IMG/VR virus record: IMGVR_UViG_3300025711_000007
Coordinates: 1 to 64,000 of that record
Reading direction: 5' to 3' (one strand)
DNA length: 64,000 bases
Source: a virus
Numbering within the stretch: the first letter of the stretch is position 1; each line of letters begins with the position of its first letter. The notes beneath the pieces were generated by a model. It had not been told where the DNA came from. It was given only the letters and a program-made list of their open reading frames with translations, and ran no database searches. Position numbers and translations under genes: made by a program. Below, piece by piece: positions 55,152 to 64,000 of the stretch.

Positions 55152-57266
55152 ATGAAACGCTTCAGCAAGTATAGGATATCAACGCTCGCGATCGCCTTGG
55201 TGCTCGTAGCTGCCGGGGTCGGGCGCGCGGTCGCGAACTTCGTCGACGACAACACTGCCCTGCCGGGACCGAAGACGGACAGGATACCCGTAACCAACCC
55301 GACGCAGCAGTGGAGCGCCGCCGACGCCAACGCCGTGTTCAACGCGTTGAACGACCTGAGGACGGTCGCGAAGCGCGGCACCGTGAACATCAAGGCGTAC
55401 GGCGCGGTCGGCAACGGTTCCACCAATGACCGTGCCGCCATCCAAGCAGCGATCAACGCCAACCCCGGCAAGACGATATACTTCCCGAAGGGGAACTACC
55501 TCGTAGACGCCACGATCACCATCAGCGCGAGGTTCACGCACCTCGTCGGTGACTTTGGCGGGAGAGCTTCGGACGGCGGGTCCGAGATCCAGTGCGTCGG
55601 GACGGGCAACTGCATACAGATCGGCACGGACAACGGGCACGCGTGGGACGTCGGGGACTACGACGGGCCGCAGGACCACCTGATCGAGAACCTGTGGATC
55701 CGCCACGGGGCACCCGACACGCAGCTCGCCAGCATCGGTCTGCCGTGCGGGGTCGGGCTCCACTACAAGGCGGGGGCCTACGGGGTGTGGGACTGGCGCG
55801 GCGGCGGGATCGTCATGCGCAACGTCGGCCTCGAGCACTTCGAGGCCAACTTCGTCGGCATACAGTCCGACCTGAACGCGTTCTGGTACGTCCAGAGCAA
55901 CTACTCGAAGTACGGCCTCTACTTCGGTCCGCGCTCTGACCAGAACCGCGTCTACTTCGCGACGTCGATCTTCTGCGACCGCGCGATAACGATCGACCGC
56001 GCGGGGCAGACCGAGATCATGAACGGGTCGTTCGTCTTCTGCGGCACGGACACGTCCAGCCACATCGAGGTGAGGCGCGGATCCCACGGGGTGCTGCTGA
56101 GCGGCAACTGGCACGAGAACTCGGCGGCGACGGCGTGCTTCGGGTTCCAGGGCGGGATGCAGTCGTTCGTGTCCGTCGGTGAGGTTGACGGCTACGGCGC
56201 CGGCGGCTCCATCCAGTCGCCCGGGGCCGGGACGTCGACCGCGGTGGCCGGGACGACGCTCGACTACCCGCACCTGTATAACTTGCCACCCGGCAGCGGG
56301 CACACGCTGTACCTCGCGTCCGTCGGCAAGGTGAACCAGTTCACGTTGCGCCGCCCGTCCGAGTACATCAACAGCGGGCTGTCGAGCTTCGACGCGCTCG
56401 TCGCGATCCAGTCGGGGCAGGTTCCGACGACGACCGACACCCAGGTCGCCGTCTACGACATGCCCGACACGATGACGCGGACGCAGATCTTCCAGAACCT
56501 GGGCGGAGGGGCAGTCACCGCCGCTATCCAGAGCGGCAAGGTGCACGACAGCGTCACGCTCGGCCTGGACACGACGGCGACGCACACGTTCCGAGGCACC
56601 ATCGTCCAGGACGCCCCGGAACGTGGCACGGCGTTCACGACGAACAACACGAAGACGGGCCAGACGGTCGGCTCCGTCGTGTGGAAGCTCAACACGACGG
56701 GTTCGTCGTTCGACACGACGGCCGGAGCTTTGTTCCCGGTCGCGCTCTCCATCACCGACGCCGCGACGCGCTCGGCCGGCGCCAACTCGGTGGGCAAGAC
56801 CGGCTTCTCCGTCGACGTGCTCAACGGCCAGAGCAACACCGCGATAACGACGGTCCGGGGAGACAATCGCTTCAACACCACGAGCGGCATCACCGAGTTC
56901 GCCAACGCCGTCTACTACTCCAACGAGATCGCGCCCACCTCGCTCAGCGCCGACCAGACCGACTACAGCCCGACCGGGCTCGCCAGCGCGTCGCTGATCC
57001 TCGTGACGTCGTCGGTCGCTGTGAACATCAACAGCCTCGCGCTCAACGCCAACTCCGCGGGCGGCCGAGACCTCGTGATCCGCAACGACAACGCGAGCGG
57101 CGGCAGCAACGTGACGCTCAAGGACGAGGCCGCGGCGCTCGGCACGGCGTCGATGCGCTTCGCCGGGCGTGCGCACGCCGACACCGTCCTCACGCCAGGC
57201 ACCTCGGCCAGGCTGAGGTACTCGATCCTGAAGACGCGGATCCTCGTCATAGGAGACACGCTGTGA
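55152..57266 (+). CDS. beta-helix (pectate-lyase-3-like) depolymerase/tailspike with signal-peptide-like N-terminus
   Basis: VNIKAYGAVGNGSTNDRAAIQAAINA...IYFPKGNY; MKRFSKYRISTLAIALVLVAAGVGRAVA. Confidence 0.8.
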   Translation: MKRFSKYRISTLAIALVLVAAGVGRAVANFVDDNTALPGPKTDRIPVTNPTQQWSAADANAVFNALNDLRTVAKRGTVNIKAYGAVGNGSTNDRAAIQAAINANPGKTIYFPKGNYLVDATITISARFTHLVGDFGGRASDGGSEIQCVGTGNCIQIGTDNGHAWDVGDYDGPQDHLIENLWIRHGAPDTQLASIGLPCGVGLHYKAGAYGVWDWRGGGIVMRNVGLEHFEANFVGIQSDLNAFWYVQSNYSKYGLYFGPRSDQNRVYFATSIFCDRAITIDRAGQTEIMNGSFVFCGTDTSSHIEVRRGSHGVLLSGNWHENSAATACFGFQGGMQSFVSVGEVDGYGAGGSIQSPGAGTSTAVAGTTLDYPHLYNLPPGSGHTLYLASVGKVNQFTLRRPSEYINSGLSSFDALVAIQSGQVPTTTDTQVAVYDMPDTMTRTQIFQNLGGGAVTAAIQSGKVHDSVTLGLDTTATHTFRGTIVQDAPERGTAFTTNNTKTGQTVGSVVWKLNTTGSSFDTTAGALFPVALSITDAATRSAGANSVGKTGFSVDVLNGQSNTAITTVRGDNRFNTTSGITEFANAVYYSNEIAPTSLSADQTDYSPTGLASASLILVTSSVAVNINSLALNANSAGGRDLVIRNDNASGGSNVTLKDEAAALGTASMRFAGRAHADTVLTPGTSARLRYSILKTRILVIGDTL

Positions 57267-57281
57267 CCCGGGAGGACTCTC

Positions 57282-57491
57282 GTGGGTAACCTCGCCGGCG
57301 ACCTCGCGTTCGACCTCGGAGGTTCGACGGGGGACAGCTACAAGGCGAAGCTGATGCGCCGCATGCTGCCGCCTCCGTACAACAGGGACTACAGCTCGGT
57401 CATCGGCGCCCTGATAACGGTGATCGGGCAGAGCGACAACCTGATCGGCGGTCTCTTCGGGACCGCCGACTTCCTGCCGGACGAGGTGTGA
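57282..57491 (+). CDS. small baseplate protein
   Basis: GGAGG RBS; RRMLPPPY. Confidence 0.6.
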   Translation: MGNLAGDLAFDLGGSTGDSYKAKLMRRMLPPPYNRDYSSVIGALITVIGQSDNLIGGLFGTADFLPDEV

Positions 57492-57492
57492 C

Positions 57493-58515
57493 GTGGGGTC
57501 AACCGAAGCGGCCATGAGCGTGATCCAGCAGGTCCGGCGGACCATGCTGGTCAGCACCGCCGGAGGCGTCTACCTGGACGCGGTCGGCAACAACCGCGGC
57601 GTACCTCGTCCGGAGAACACGAGCGACGACGAGCTGTACCGCCGCCTGGTCAAGGTGCTCGCGTGGCTCCCCAAGTCGATCCTGCTCTCCTACTACGCGC
57701 TGCTCGCGGCGGTGTTCGGGTCGCAGGCGCAGGTCGCGTCTCAGATCGGCAGGCCGTGGAGGGTGTACGAGGTCGCCGCCAACGAGGTCATCATCGAGTT
57801 GCCGGCGGCGCTCATAGCCGGGACGATCGAGACCGCGTCCTACGTGCACGGCGCCAGCGGGTACGCGCGCGTGCCGTCTGGTTCGTCGAACGTGTTCACG
57901 ACCGACTTCGACCTGAGCGCGTCCTCCGCGGTCTCGGTGGTTGGCCTGGCCGTCTACGTCGAGACGGCGCCGGGTACCTGGACGAGCTACGTCGTGGTGA
58001 ACTACTCGTTCGCCGCGGGCGCGGCGACGGTCCAGGTGAACGCCTCGACGCTGCCGACGGGTGGCGGGCGGTTCTACCTGGAGGTCCCGGGAGACGAGGT
58101 CGCCAGCTACCGCGGAGACTACGTCGCGACGAGCGGGGTCGGGTCGCTGTACTCGACCGCGGCCGGCCCGGCGACGAACACGCTCTCGGTGGTCGGCGAC
58201 GTCACCGGCTCGACGCGGCCGGGGATGTCGGTCCAGATAAGCGTCAACGGGGTGTTCCAGGCGCGCGTCGTCGGCGGTTTGTCGTACAGCAGCGCCACCA
58301 ACGTCAGCACGGTGACGGTCACGACGACCGACGTGCCCGGCGGTCAAGTCAACCAGGCGTTCGTCGTGCCGCAGGAGATAGCCGACACCGCGACGACTCC
58401 GCCGCACAGCGACCGCATATACTTGACCGGGACAGGTCTCTACCAGATCGTCCAGTTCTACCTGGACCTGCTGGTGCGCGCCGCCGGGGTAACCGTCCGC
58501 CTCATGATCGTCTAG
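57493..58515 (+). CDS. baseplate wedge (P2 gpI-like) protein
   Basis: TAGGVYLDAVG..RGVPR...DDELYRR; RAAGV C-terminus. Confidence 0.72.
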   Translation: MGSTEAAMSVIQQVRRTMLVSTAGGVYLDAVGNNRGVPRPENTSDDELYRRLVKVLAWLPKSILLSYYALLAAVFGSQAQVASQIGRPWRVYEVAANEVIIELPAALIAGTIETASYVHGASGYARVPSGSSNVFTTDFDLSASSAVSVVGLAVYVETAPGTWTSYVVVNYSFAAGAATVQVNASTLPTGGGRFYLEVPGDEVASYRGDYVATSGVGSLYSTAAGPATNTLSVVGDVTGSTRPGMSVQISVNGVFQARVVGGLSYSSATNVSTVTVTTTDVPGGQVNQAFVVPQEIADTATTPPHSDRIYLTGTGLYQIVQFYLDLLVRAAGVTVRLMIV

Positions 58516-58524
58516 GAGGTAAGC

Positions 58525-60612
58525 ATGTCGACTGGAGACGTCATCAACCCGAAGCGCGTGCGCATGCAGGCCAACGAGCGGTTGGACCAGGTCGACGTCG
58601 ACGCGCTGTCCATCGCCCCGAGGGAGCACCTCGACGCGTACGCCCGCGCCGTCGAGGCGGCGCCCCGCAACGTCGGGGCGACGACCCCGACCGGGCTCAT
58701 CTATCAAGGGTTCGGGATGACGCTCAACCCGACCGCGCCGACCGACGGCAAGATCCGCGTCCAGTCCGCGCTCGGGGTCGCGTTCGACTCCAACGGGCGG
58801 CTCCTCGTGAAGGAGGCCGGTACCCAGGTCGACCTGACGCTGTCGGTCGGGAACTCTCAGATCTACGCGTACTACATCGAGAACAGCGACGACACCACCG
58901 TCCGCCGCAGCATCCCGGTGTCGTCTCCTTACCTGGAAGGTCCGTCGTCCATCGCGACCAAGCTGAAGGGCGGCGTCGCCTTCTTCGTGCGCGCCGGAGA
59001 CCAGACGTCGATCGTGGCCAGCGACGTGATCAACGGGGCGACGACGGCCCTCTGCTTCCTCGGCGTCGCCAACAACTCGGGCGGCACGGTGACGATGACC
59101 GGGTACAACGGGACCACCGCCCCGAACGGCGTGTTCGCGACCAACAGGGTCACTTCGGTCGCGCTCCCGTCCACGCTGCCGACCGTGAACACGATGAACG
59201 GCCCGGTTGGCACGATGCAGGACCTCGCCAACGTCGCGCTCTACATGATCGGGCAGGCGATGTGGAGAGGCTCGAGGAACCTCACGCCGAGCGCGTCGAA
59301 CAACTTCGGGGCGTTCTCCCTGCCGACGGCGGGGCTCGACGGGATGTTCAACGCACAGACGGAAGCTACCGTGACTCCGGTGACGAGGTGGCGCGACTGG
59401 CAGGGATTCACCCGCTCCGTCGTCGACCACAGCGGCTACCGGATGGGGCAGGTCACGGAATACGATCAGAACTGGGCGTCCGGAGGGGCGAAGGTGGTCT
59501 CGTGCTCGATGATGTCGGCGGGCACGGCCATATCGAGCACTGGCACGAACGGCCCGCAGGTCGCGTCCGGCGCCAACGGGGGCGGGGTCCTGCTGAGCGG
59601 CACGGGGGTATCCGCGTGGGGCATCTCGCTGCACGGCCTCAACCCGGGGATGACGGTGACGCAGTTCCAAGCCGCGTACATCAGCGTCAGCGCCAGCAAT
59701 CAGTTCTCGTTCCGGGTCTACACGGAAGACGCAGGGGACGCGTTCACCGCGTCGGGGATTAGGATCGCCGAGGTGGTCAACCCAGGAACCCCGGCTCCGG
59801 GTGTGAAGACGCTCGCGGTGATCACCGGAGGCTCCGGAGCCTCCGGGTCGATGCTGCCGTGGACTGTCCCGCCGCAGGGGTCGCTGTCCGCGCACTGCGC
59901 CGTGTCGGCAGCTCCGGCTACGATCCTCTGGACGAACGTCGTCGCGACGGTGATCGCCGACCCGGAGGGTTGGCGCTGGACGTCGATCAACGCGAACACG
60001 AACGCCGGGTTCGGACGGCGCACGTACTCGAACCCGAGCGCGAGCATCAACCAGCGGTCGGTGACGCTGTCCGGGCAGGGCGGCAACTCGTCGTCGGGTA
60101 GCGCAACGCTCACCGCCGAAGCGTACGAGTGCTTCCTCAACGCGGACGTCGCGTACGTCCAAGAGTGGATGCTCGCCACGGGAACGATATCCGACGCGAC
60201 GAACAACCGCCTGTTCGCGATCGGCATACAGAACAACAACGGTGGGTCAGAGAACAGGTTCGTCTACTTCTACAACCAGAACACGACAGCGAATTGGCAA
60301 CTCCGCGTCGTCGGTTCTTCTACAACGGACACGGACACGGGTGTCGCGATCGCGGCGAACACGACGTACCGTATGCGACTCGAGATCCTCGGCGCGAACG
60401 TGTCCACCGCGGGGTCCACCAACTTCAGGGTCCGAGCGTTCATCAACGGCAACAAGGTGGTCGACATCGTCGTGTCGACGCTGCCCGTGGCTGACATGAT
60501 CCGTCCCTACATGCTCGTCGGGACCACCAGCGCTTCCGGGGGCCCCTACAGCTACAGCGTCGGGCGTCTGCGCCGCGCCTGGAACCACCTGCTCAACGGT
60601 GACAACCTGTAG
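58525..60612 (+). CDS. tail fibre protein
   Basis: position after wedge; Thr/Gly/Ser beta-rich; GGAGG RBS. Confidence 0.72.
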   Translation: MSTGDVINPKRVRMQANERLDQVDVDALSIAPREHLDAYARAVEAAPRNVGATTPTGLIYQGFGMTLNPTAPTDGKIRVQSALGVAFDSNGRLLVKEAGTQVDLTLSVGNSQIYAYYIENSDDTTVRRSIPVSSPYLEGPSSIATKLKGGVAFFVRAGDQTSIVASDVINGATTALCFLGVANNSGGTVTMTGYNGTTAPNGVFATNRVTSVALPSTLPTVNTMNGPVGTMQDLANVALYMIGQAMWRGSRNLTPSASNNFGAFSLPTAGLDGMFNAQTEATVTPVTRWRDWQGFTRSVVDHSGYRMGQVTEYDQNWASGGAKVVSCSMMSAGTAISSTGTNGPQVASGANGGGVLLSGTGVSAWGISLHGLNPGMTVTQFQAAYISVSASNQFSFRVYTEDAGDAFTASGIRIAEVVNPGTPAPGVKTLAVITGGSGASGSMLPWTVPPQGSLSAHCAVSAAPATILWTNVVATVIADPEGWRWTSINANTNAGFGRRTYSNPSASINQRSVTLSGQGGNSSSGSATLTAEAYECFLNADVAYVQEWMLATGTISDATNNRLFAIGIQNNNGGSENRFVYFYNQNTTANWQLRVVGSSTTDTDTGVAIAANTTYRMRLEILGANVSTAGSTNFRVRAFINGNKVVDIVVSTLPVADMIRPYMLVGTTSASGGPYSYSVGRLRRAWNHLLNGDNL

Positions 60613-60644
60613 GTCGTGGTAGATCTTAAGCAGGAGGTGCACAC

Positions 60645-60992
60645 ATGTACGTTGTACGCGGCACGCCAGTGAACATCAATGGTCGAACCGGGGGATCACC
60701 GGGTCCCGCGACGACGACCGCGGTGCGCGTTCCGATGCCGGTCCCGGCCGGTCGCGCGAAGCTATCCAACCCAGCGGGGCCCCAGCTGATCGCGCCGTCG
60801 ACGACGTTCGCCCGCTATATCCGAATCCGTAACCTCGACGCGACGAACAACCTCCTCGTGAACTTCCTCGACGGGTCGCAGATCACCGTCTTGAAGTCAT
60901 CCGAGGAGGAGTTCAGCGGGACGATCTCGTGGATCGTGGTCCAGGCGTCGGCTGCCACGGTGCAGTGGGAAGCGCACGCGATCGTCGCGTAA
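60645..60992 (+). CDS. putative structural protein
   Basis: AGGAGG RBS. Confidence 0.7.
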   Translation: MYVVRGTPVNINGRTGGSPGPATTTAVRVPMPVPAGRAKLSNPAGPQLIAPSTTFARYIRIRNLDATNNLLVNFLDGSQITVLKSSEEEFSGTISWIVVQASAATVQWEAHAIVA

Positions 60993-61141
60993 TTTCCCGC
61001 ACTGATTTCGTGTGCAGCGTAATGTAGCACGGCTCGGCGCCGACTCCGCTGGTGAAACTGGAGGTTAAGCGGTACTGATCATGAAGGTGGTCCACGCAGT
61101 ATGTGACCACCAGGGTGCTCACATTCAGCCGAGGGAGTCAG

Positions 61142-61621
61142 ATGCCCAAGCGACCAACGAGGCCGTCGATGGTGGTTCCGACTCTCAACGACGGGACCGA
61201 TCCCGGCAGCCGCGCCTGCGTCCCCGGCCGCACAGCCCTCGCCAGGATAGAGCAGCTGTCGCAGCGGCTGGAGGAACATGCAGAAGAAGACGACGAGAAG
61301 CTGATCGCTGTCCGTGACGAGATCCACGAAGTGCGCGGTGACGTCAGGGAGATCAACGTCAAGCTCGGAGATATGCGCGTCGACATGGCTAAGACTCTTG
61401 CAACCGTTAACAACATGAGTTCGGCGATGACCGAGCAGCAAGAGATCAAGCGCGTCAGGATGATCTCTGCCATCGAGACAAACAAGGCTGAGAAGATCGC
61501 GGAGATCGACGACGAGCGAGACCGTAAGAAGGCGAAGCGGGCCCTCTGGCTGAAGATCGGCTTGGTGCTGCTCGGTCTGGTCAGCACCGGCGCCGGCATG
61601 CTCATCGAGCACTATCGCTGA
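61142..61621 (+). CDS. coiled-coil protein with C-terminal TM helix (holin/XhlA-like)
   Basis: heptads followed by LWLKIGLVLLGLVSTGAGMLI. Confidence 0.65.
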   Translation: MPKRPTRPSMVVPTLNDGTDPGSRACVPGRTALARIEQLSQRLEEHAEEDDEKLIAVRDEIHEVRGDVREINVKLGDMRVDMAKTLATVNNMSSAMTEQQEIKRVRMISAIETNKAEKIAEIDDERDRKKAKRALWLKIGLVLLGLVSTGAGMLIEHYR

Positions 61622-61638
61622 CGTGGTACCATCCGCCC

Positions 61639-61773
61639 ATGAGCGGTGAAGTGCTGTGCTCCTCGGTGCTCGACGCCGCGATCGCGGTCGCGGACGTGTC
61701 GAGTTTCGGTGACCTGACCGCGACGGTCGTCGCGGCGGACCCCGCGATGGTCGCCGACGTGGAGGGCGCGTGA
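61639..61773 (+). CDS. 44-aa hypothetical protein (not in ORF track)
   Basis: TGgTACCAT-6-ATG; GTGA overlap with next gene. Confidence 0.55.
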   Translation: MSGEVLCSSVLDAAIAVADVSSFGDLTATVVAADPAMVADVEGA

Positions 61774-62186
61774 GCTGCTCCCACCCGCAGGCGCCTGCGG
61801 TGGCGCTCCACGTCACGCGTGGCGCGAGCAAGGTGTTCCTGTTCACCGTGCGGCTCGCCGCGGGCAACCTGATCGACCTGACCTCGGCCAAGGTGTGGTT
61901 CACGGTCAAGAACCGCGTCGAGGACGTGGTCGTCCTGATCGCGAAGAAGAACACCGCGGCCGGTGGCGTCGACAACCAGATCCTCGTCACCACTCCGCAG
62001 ACCGGCGCCGCGCTGGGGCAGTTCCGGGTGTTCATCGATCCCGCGGACACCGCGCTGCTCGATCCGCGCGAGACGTACTGGTGCGACGCGTGGGTGCAGC
62101 TGCCCGGCGGCCCTCCGATCAACCGTCAGCAGGTGATGACCAACCGGCAACTCATCATCGAACCGACCGTGACAACGTCGTTCTAG
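61770..62186 (+). CDS. BppU-like Ig-fold virion protein
   Basis: IDLTSAKVWFTVK...IDPADTALL...YWCD. Confidence 0.65.
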   Translation: MSCSHPQAPAVALHVTRGASKVFLFTVRLAAGNLIDLTSAKVWFTVKNRVEDVVVLIAKKNTAAGGVDNQILVTTPQTGAALGQFRVFIDPADTALLDPRETYWCDAWVQLPGGPPINRQQVMTNRQLIIEPTVTTSF

Positions 62187-62194
62187 GAGGCACC

Positions 62195-62647
62195 GTGACG
62201 ATATCGGGGACCGCTCAGCTCATCGGCCGCTTCAGGTACATGTCGCTCGTCCCGAGCACCGACACGTCGTCGAACCCGACGTGGCTATCCGACGTGCTGG
62301 AGACCATGGCGTGCTCCGGCCGCAAGGAGGAGGAGTACACGCTCGTCGCCGACGGCGACACCGCGGTCAGCTTCGGGTCGATCGCCACCGCCGGCGCCTC
62401 GCTCGTCGTCGTCAAGGTCATGCCGTTCGTCGGCGTCCCGCCGTCGCCGGGGTTCCCGAACGGTGTGCCGGCGGCGCCGAACCCCGTCGTCGTCAAGCTG
62501 ACGAGCGGAGCGGGGTCCGCGACGATCCCGGTCGATCCGTTCGCCGTCTTGTTCGCTGTCGGCGTGCCCTACACGGCGATGACCGTCGCGAGGGCGGCAG
62601 GCGTGCAGACGACGGTCAGGATCCAGCTTTTCTCCGCCGGATCGTGA
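62195..62647 (+). CDS. putative structural protein
   Basis: AGGAGG RBS, GTG start. Confidence 0.7.
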   Translation: MTISGTAQLIGRFRYMSLVPSTDTSSNPTWLSDVLETMACSGRKEEEYTLVADGDTAVSFGSIATAGASLVVVKVMPFVGVPPSPGFPNGVPAAPNPVVVKLTSGAGSATIPVDPFAVLFAVGVPYTAMTVARAAGVQTTVRIQLFSAGS

Positions 62648-62661
62648 ACGTCGACGTTCAC

Positions 62662-62697
62662 GTTGACGATGTCAACTCGAAATTGTAGTCTTCTCTC
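62662..62697 (+). promoter_or_regulatory. leaderless promoter with perfect operator
   Basis: GTTGAC-GAT-GTCAAC; TTGACG-17-TAGTCT-6-ATG. Confidence 0.8.
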
Positions 62698-62922
62698 ATG
62701 GATTCCAACAGGGTCGCGAGGCGAGCCCGAAATCGTGCCAAACGTTCCAGGCAGCGTGCCGCAGCGGCTGAGACTCGCCTCATGGCCGCTCGTGTCCGTA
62801 TCGGTCCGGATCCCTCAACTCGTGTCGTCGACGAGTCGTCGTTGACGCGGCGCCCTTTCGAGAAGATGGTGGCTGACTACCGGGAGACACCTGTGTCGTG
62901 GCGTGACGTGTGGGGCGAGTAG
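62698..62922 (+). CDS. small basic protein
   Basis: at leaderless promoter; Arg-rich. Confidence 0.6.
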   Translation: MDSNRVARRARNRAKRSRQRAAAAETRLMAARVRIGPDPSTRVVDESSLTRRPFEKMVADYRETPVSWRDVWGE

Positions 62923-64000
62923 TCGGTGAGCGGCGCGCCACGGTCACGCGACTGAGCAACGTGCGTTGCCGCGTATCGTTCAGCTACCCGGACCTAGTCG
63001 ACGCTGACGCTGGCAAAGCGCGCAAGAAGATCCTCGGGTTGCTGGACGACGCGCTCGCCATCGAGCAGAAGGGCGCGCACTTCAACCCGACCGTGCAGAG
63101 CGGGCTGTGGGACGGGCGCAGGCACGTCTTCCACAAGAACGACGACGACGGGACCTTCCCGGCCGGGGTCGCCAGGCGCGTGAAGGCGCTGCTGCGCGAA
63201 GCTGGGTACCGGGTGATGAGGACGCGGGACGACCGCGCGAGGACGCACGGGCCGATCCCGACGGAGATATCCGACGACATGCTCGCCGGAGTCACCCTGC
63301 GCCCGGACCAGCTCAGGGTCATCGCGGCGGCCCTCGAGAACGGTTGCGGGCTCCTCCACGTGGCGACCGGAGGCGGGAAGACGGAGATCGCGGCGGCGAT
63401 CATCAAGACCCTCAACCAGGCGGCCTCGCGGCGGTGCCTGTTCCTGGTCCACACGAAGCAGCTGCTCGGCCAGGCTCGCGAGCGCATCGCGCTCCGCCTC
63501 GGCACGATCGAGGAGCACATCGGCGTGATCGGCGACGGGAGATTCGACCCGAAGCACATCACGATCGCCACCGTGCAGAGCTTGACCCGGGTGCGGAACG
63601 ACACGCAGAAGAAGGTGATCGCGAAGTACCTCAAGACGATCGACCTGCTCATCCTCGACGAGACGCACCACGCGTCGGCGAAGACGTTCTACCGGCTGGT
63701 GTCGCGCATCGACGCGCCGTGGCGGTTCGGCATGTCGGGGACGCCGTTCGGCCTCGCGGACGGCAAGGGGCTTCTGGTGGAGGCGGCGTTCGGCCCGGTG
63801 GTCGAGCGCGTGACGAACGCCGAGCTCATCGAGCTCGGCGTGAACGCGAAGCCCACCATCCGCATGCTCGAGGTCTCCGGTCCGAAGCTCGATGCGAACC
63901 TCGACTGGCAGGGTGTGTACAAGGAGGGCATCGTGCTCAACGACGAGCGGAACCGGATGATCGCGCGCGAGGCCGCGGCGTTCGCGCGCAAGAAGTGGCC
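62910..64000 (+). CDS. SF2 helicase, UvsW-like (truncated by window end)
   Basis: WDG, LRPDQ, ATGGGKT, ATVQSL, DETHH, GMSGTP; start uncertain. Confidence 0.9.
   Translation, partial: MGRVVGERRATVTRLSNVRCRVSFSYPDLVDADAGKARKKILGLLDDALAIEQKGAHFNPTVQSGLWDGRRHVFHKNDDDGTFPAGVARRVKALLREAGYRVMRTRDDRARTHGPIPTEISDDMLAGVTLRPDQLRVIAAALENGCGLLHVATGGGKTEIAAAIIKTLNQAASRRCLFLVHTKQLLGQARERIALRLGTIEEHIGVIGDGRFDPKHITIATVQSLTRVRNDTQKKVIAKYLKTIDLLILDETHHASAKTFYRLVSRIDAPWRFGMSGTPFGLADGKGLLVEAAFGPVVERVTNAELIELGVNAKPTIRMLEVSGPKLDANLDWQGVYKEGIVLNDERNRMIAREAAAFARKKW

Noticed and set aside
10158-60162. Many long minus-strand and alternative-frame ORFs (e.g. 18119-20551, 57499-60162, 55179-57557)
   Set aside because: Shadow ORFs of high-GC coding DNA; Arg/Pro-rich with no motifs, and they overlap well-supported plus-strand genes
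61018-61080. Twister/pistol/hammerhead ribozyme (UAAUGUAGC, GGUUAAGC, CUGAUCAUGA fragments)
   Set aside because: Remaining conserved core elements could not be placed; kept only as a generic structured leader

Overview
A ~70% GC segment of a large tailed phage (myovirus) genome, or a prophage of one. It is almost entirely coding, and I see no rRNA, tRNA or CRISPR. Layout: (i) 1-10 kb holds small early/accessory genes driven by sigma70-type promoters that give leaderless mRNAs, several overlapped by a 15-bp palindromic operator, plus thyX and a lysis pair (M23 endolysin and a holin-like membrane protein). (ii) 10.5-17.1 kb holds candidate anti-defence/nucleotide genes (Acb2/Tad1-hairpin-like, RyR-domain multidomain protein, NDT-like/MazG-like fusion, dcd), then a highly structured ~250-nt intergenic RNA candidate heading an operon of a Lys-rich peptide, a PAPS-reductase-like PP-loop protein and a ParB/Srx protein. 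(iii) 18-62.6 kb is a SPO1/Twort(Herelleviridae)-like virion module: portal, ~8 kb of probable internal head proteins (including MuF and a PI3/4-kinase/HipA-like kinase), prohead protease, scaffold, capsid, neck, sheath, tube, frameshifted chaperone, tape measure-M23, baseplate, spike and fibres. (iv) The window ends in the start of a UvsW-like helicase. No terminase is visible. Most notable: an unannotated 54-aa double-glycine, Cys/Thr-rich lanthipeptide-like precursor (4829-4993, minus strand) with no modifying enzyme in the window; the ncRNA-peptide-PP-loop-ParB module; and a neck protein carrying a glycosidase cassette between identical in-frame repeats. All family calls come from motif recognition by eye, not database searches.
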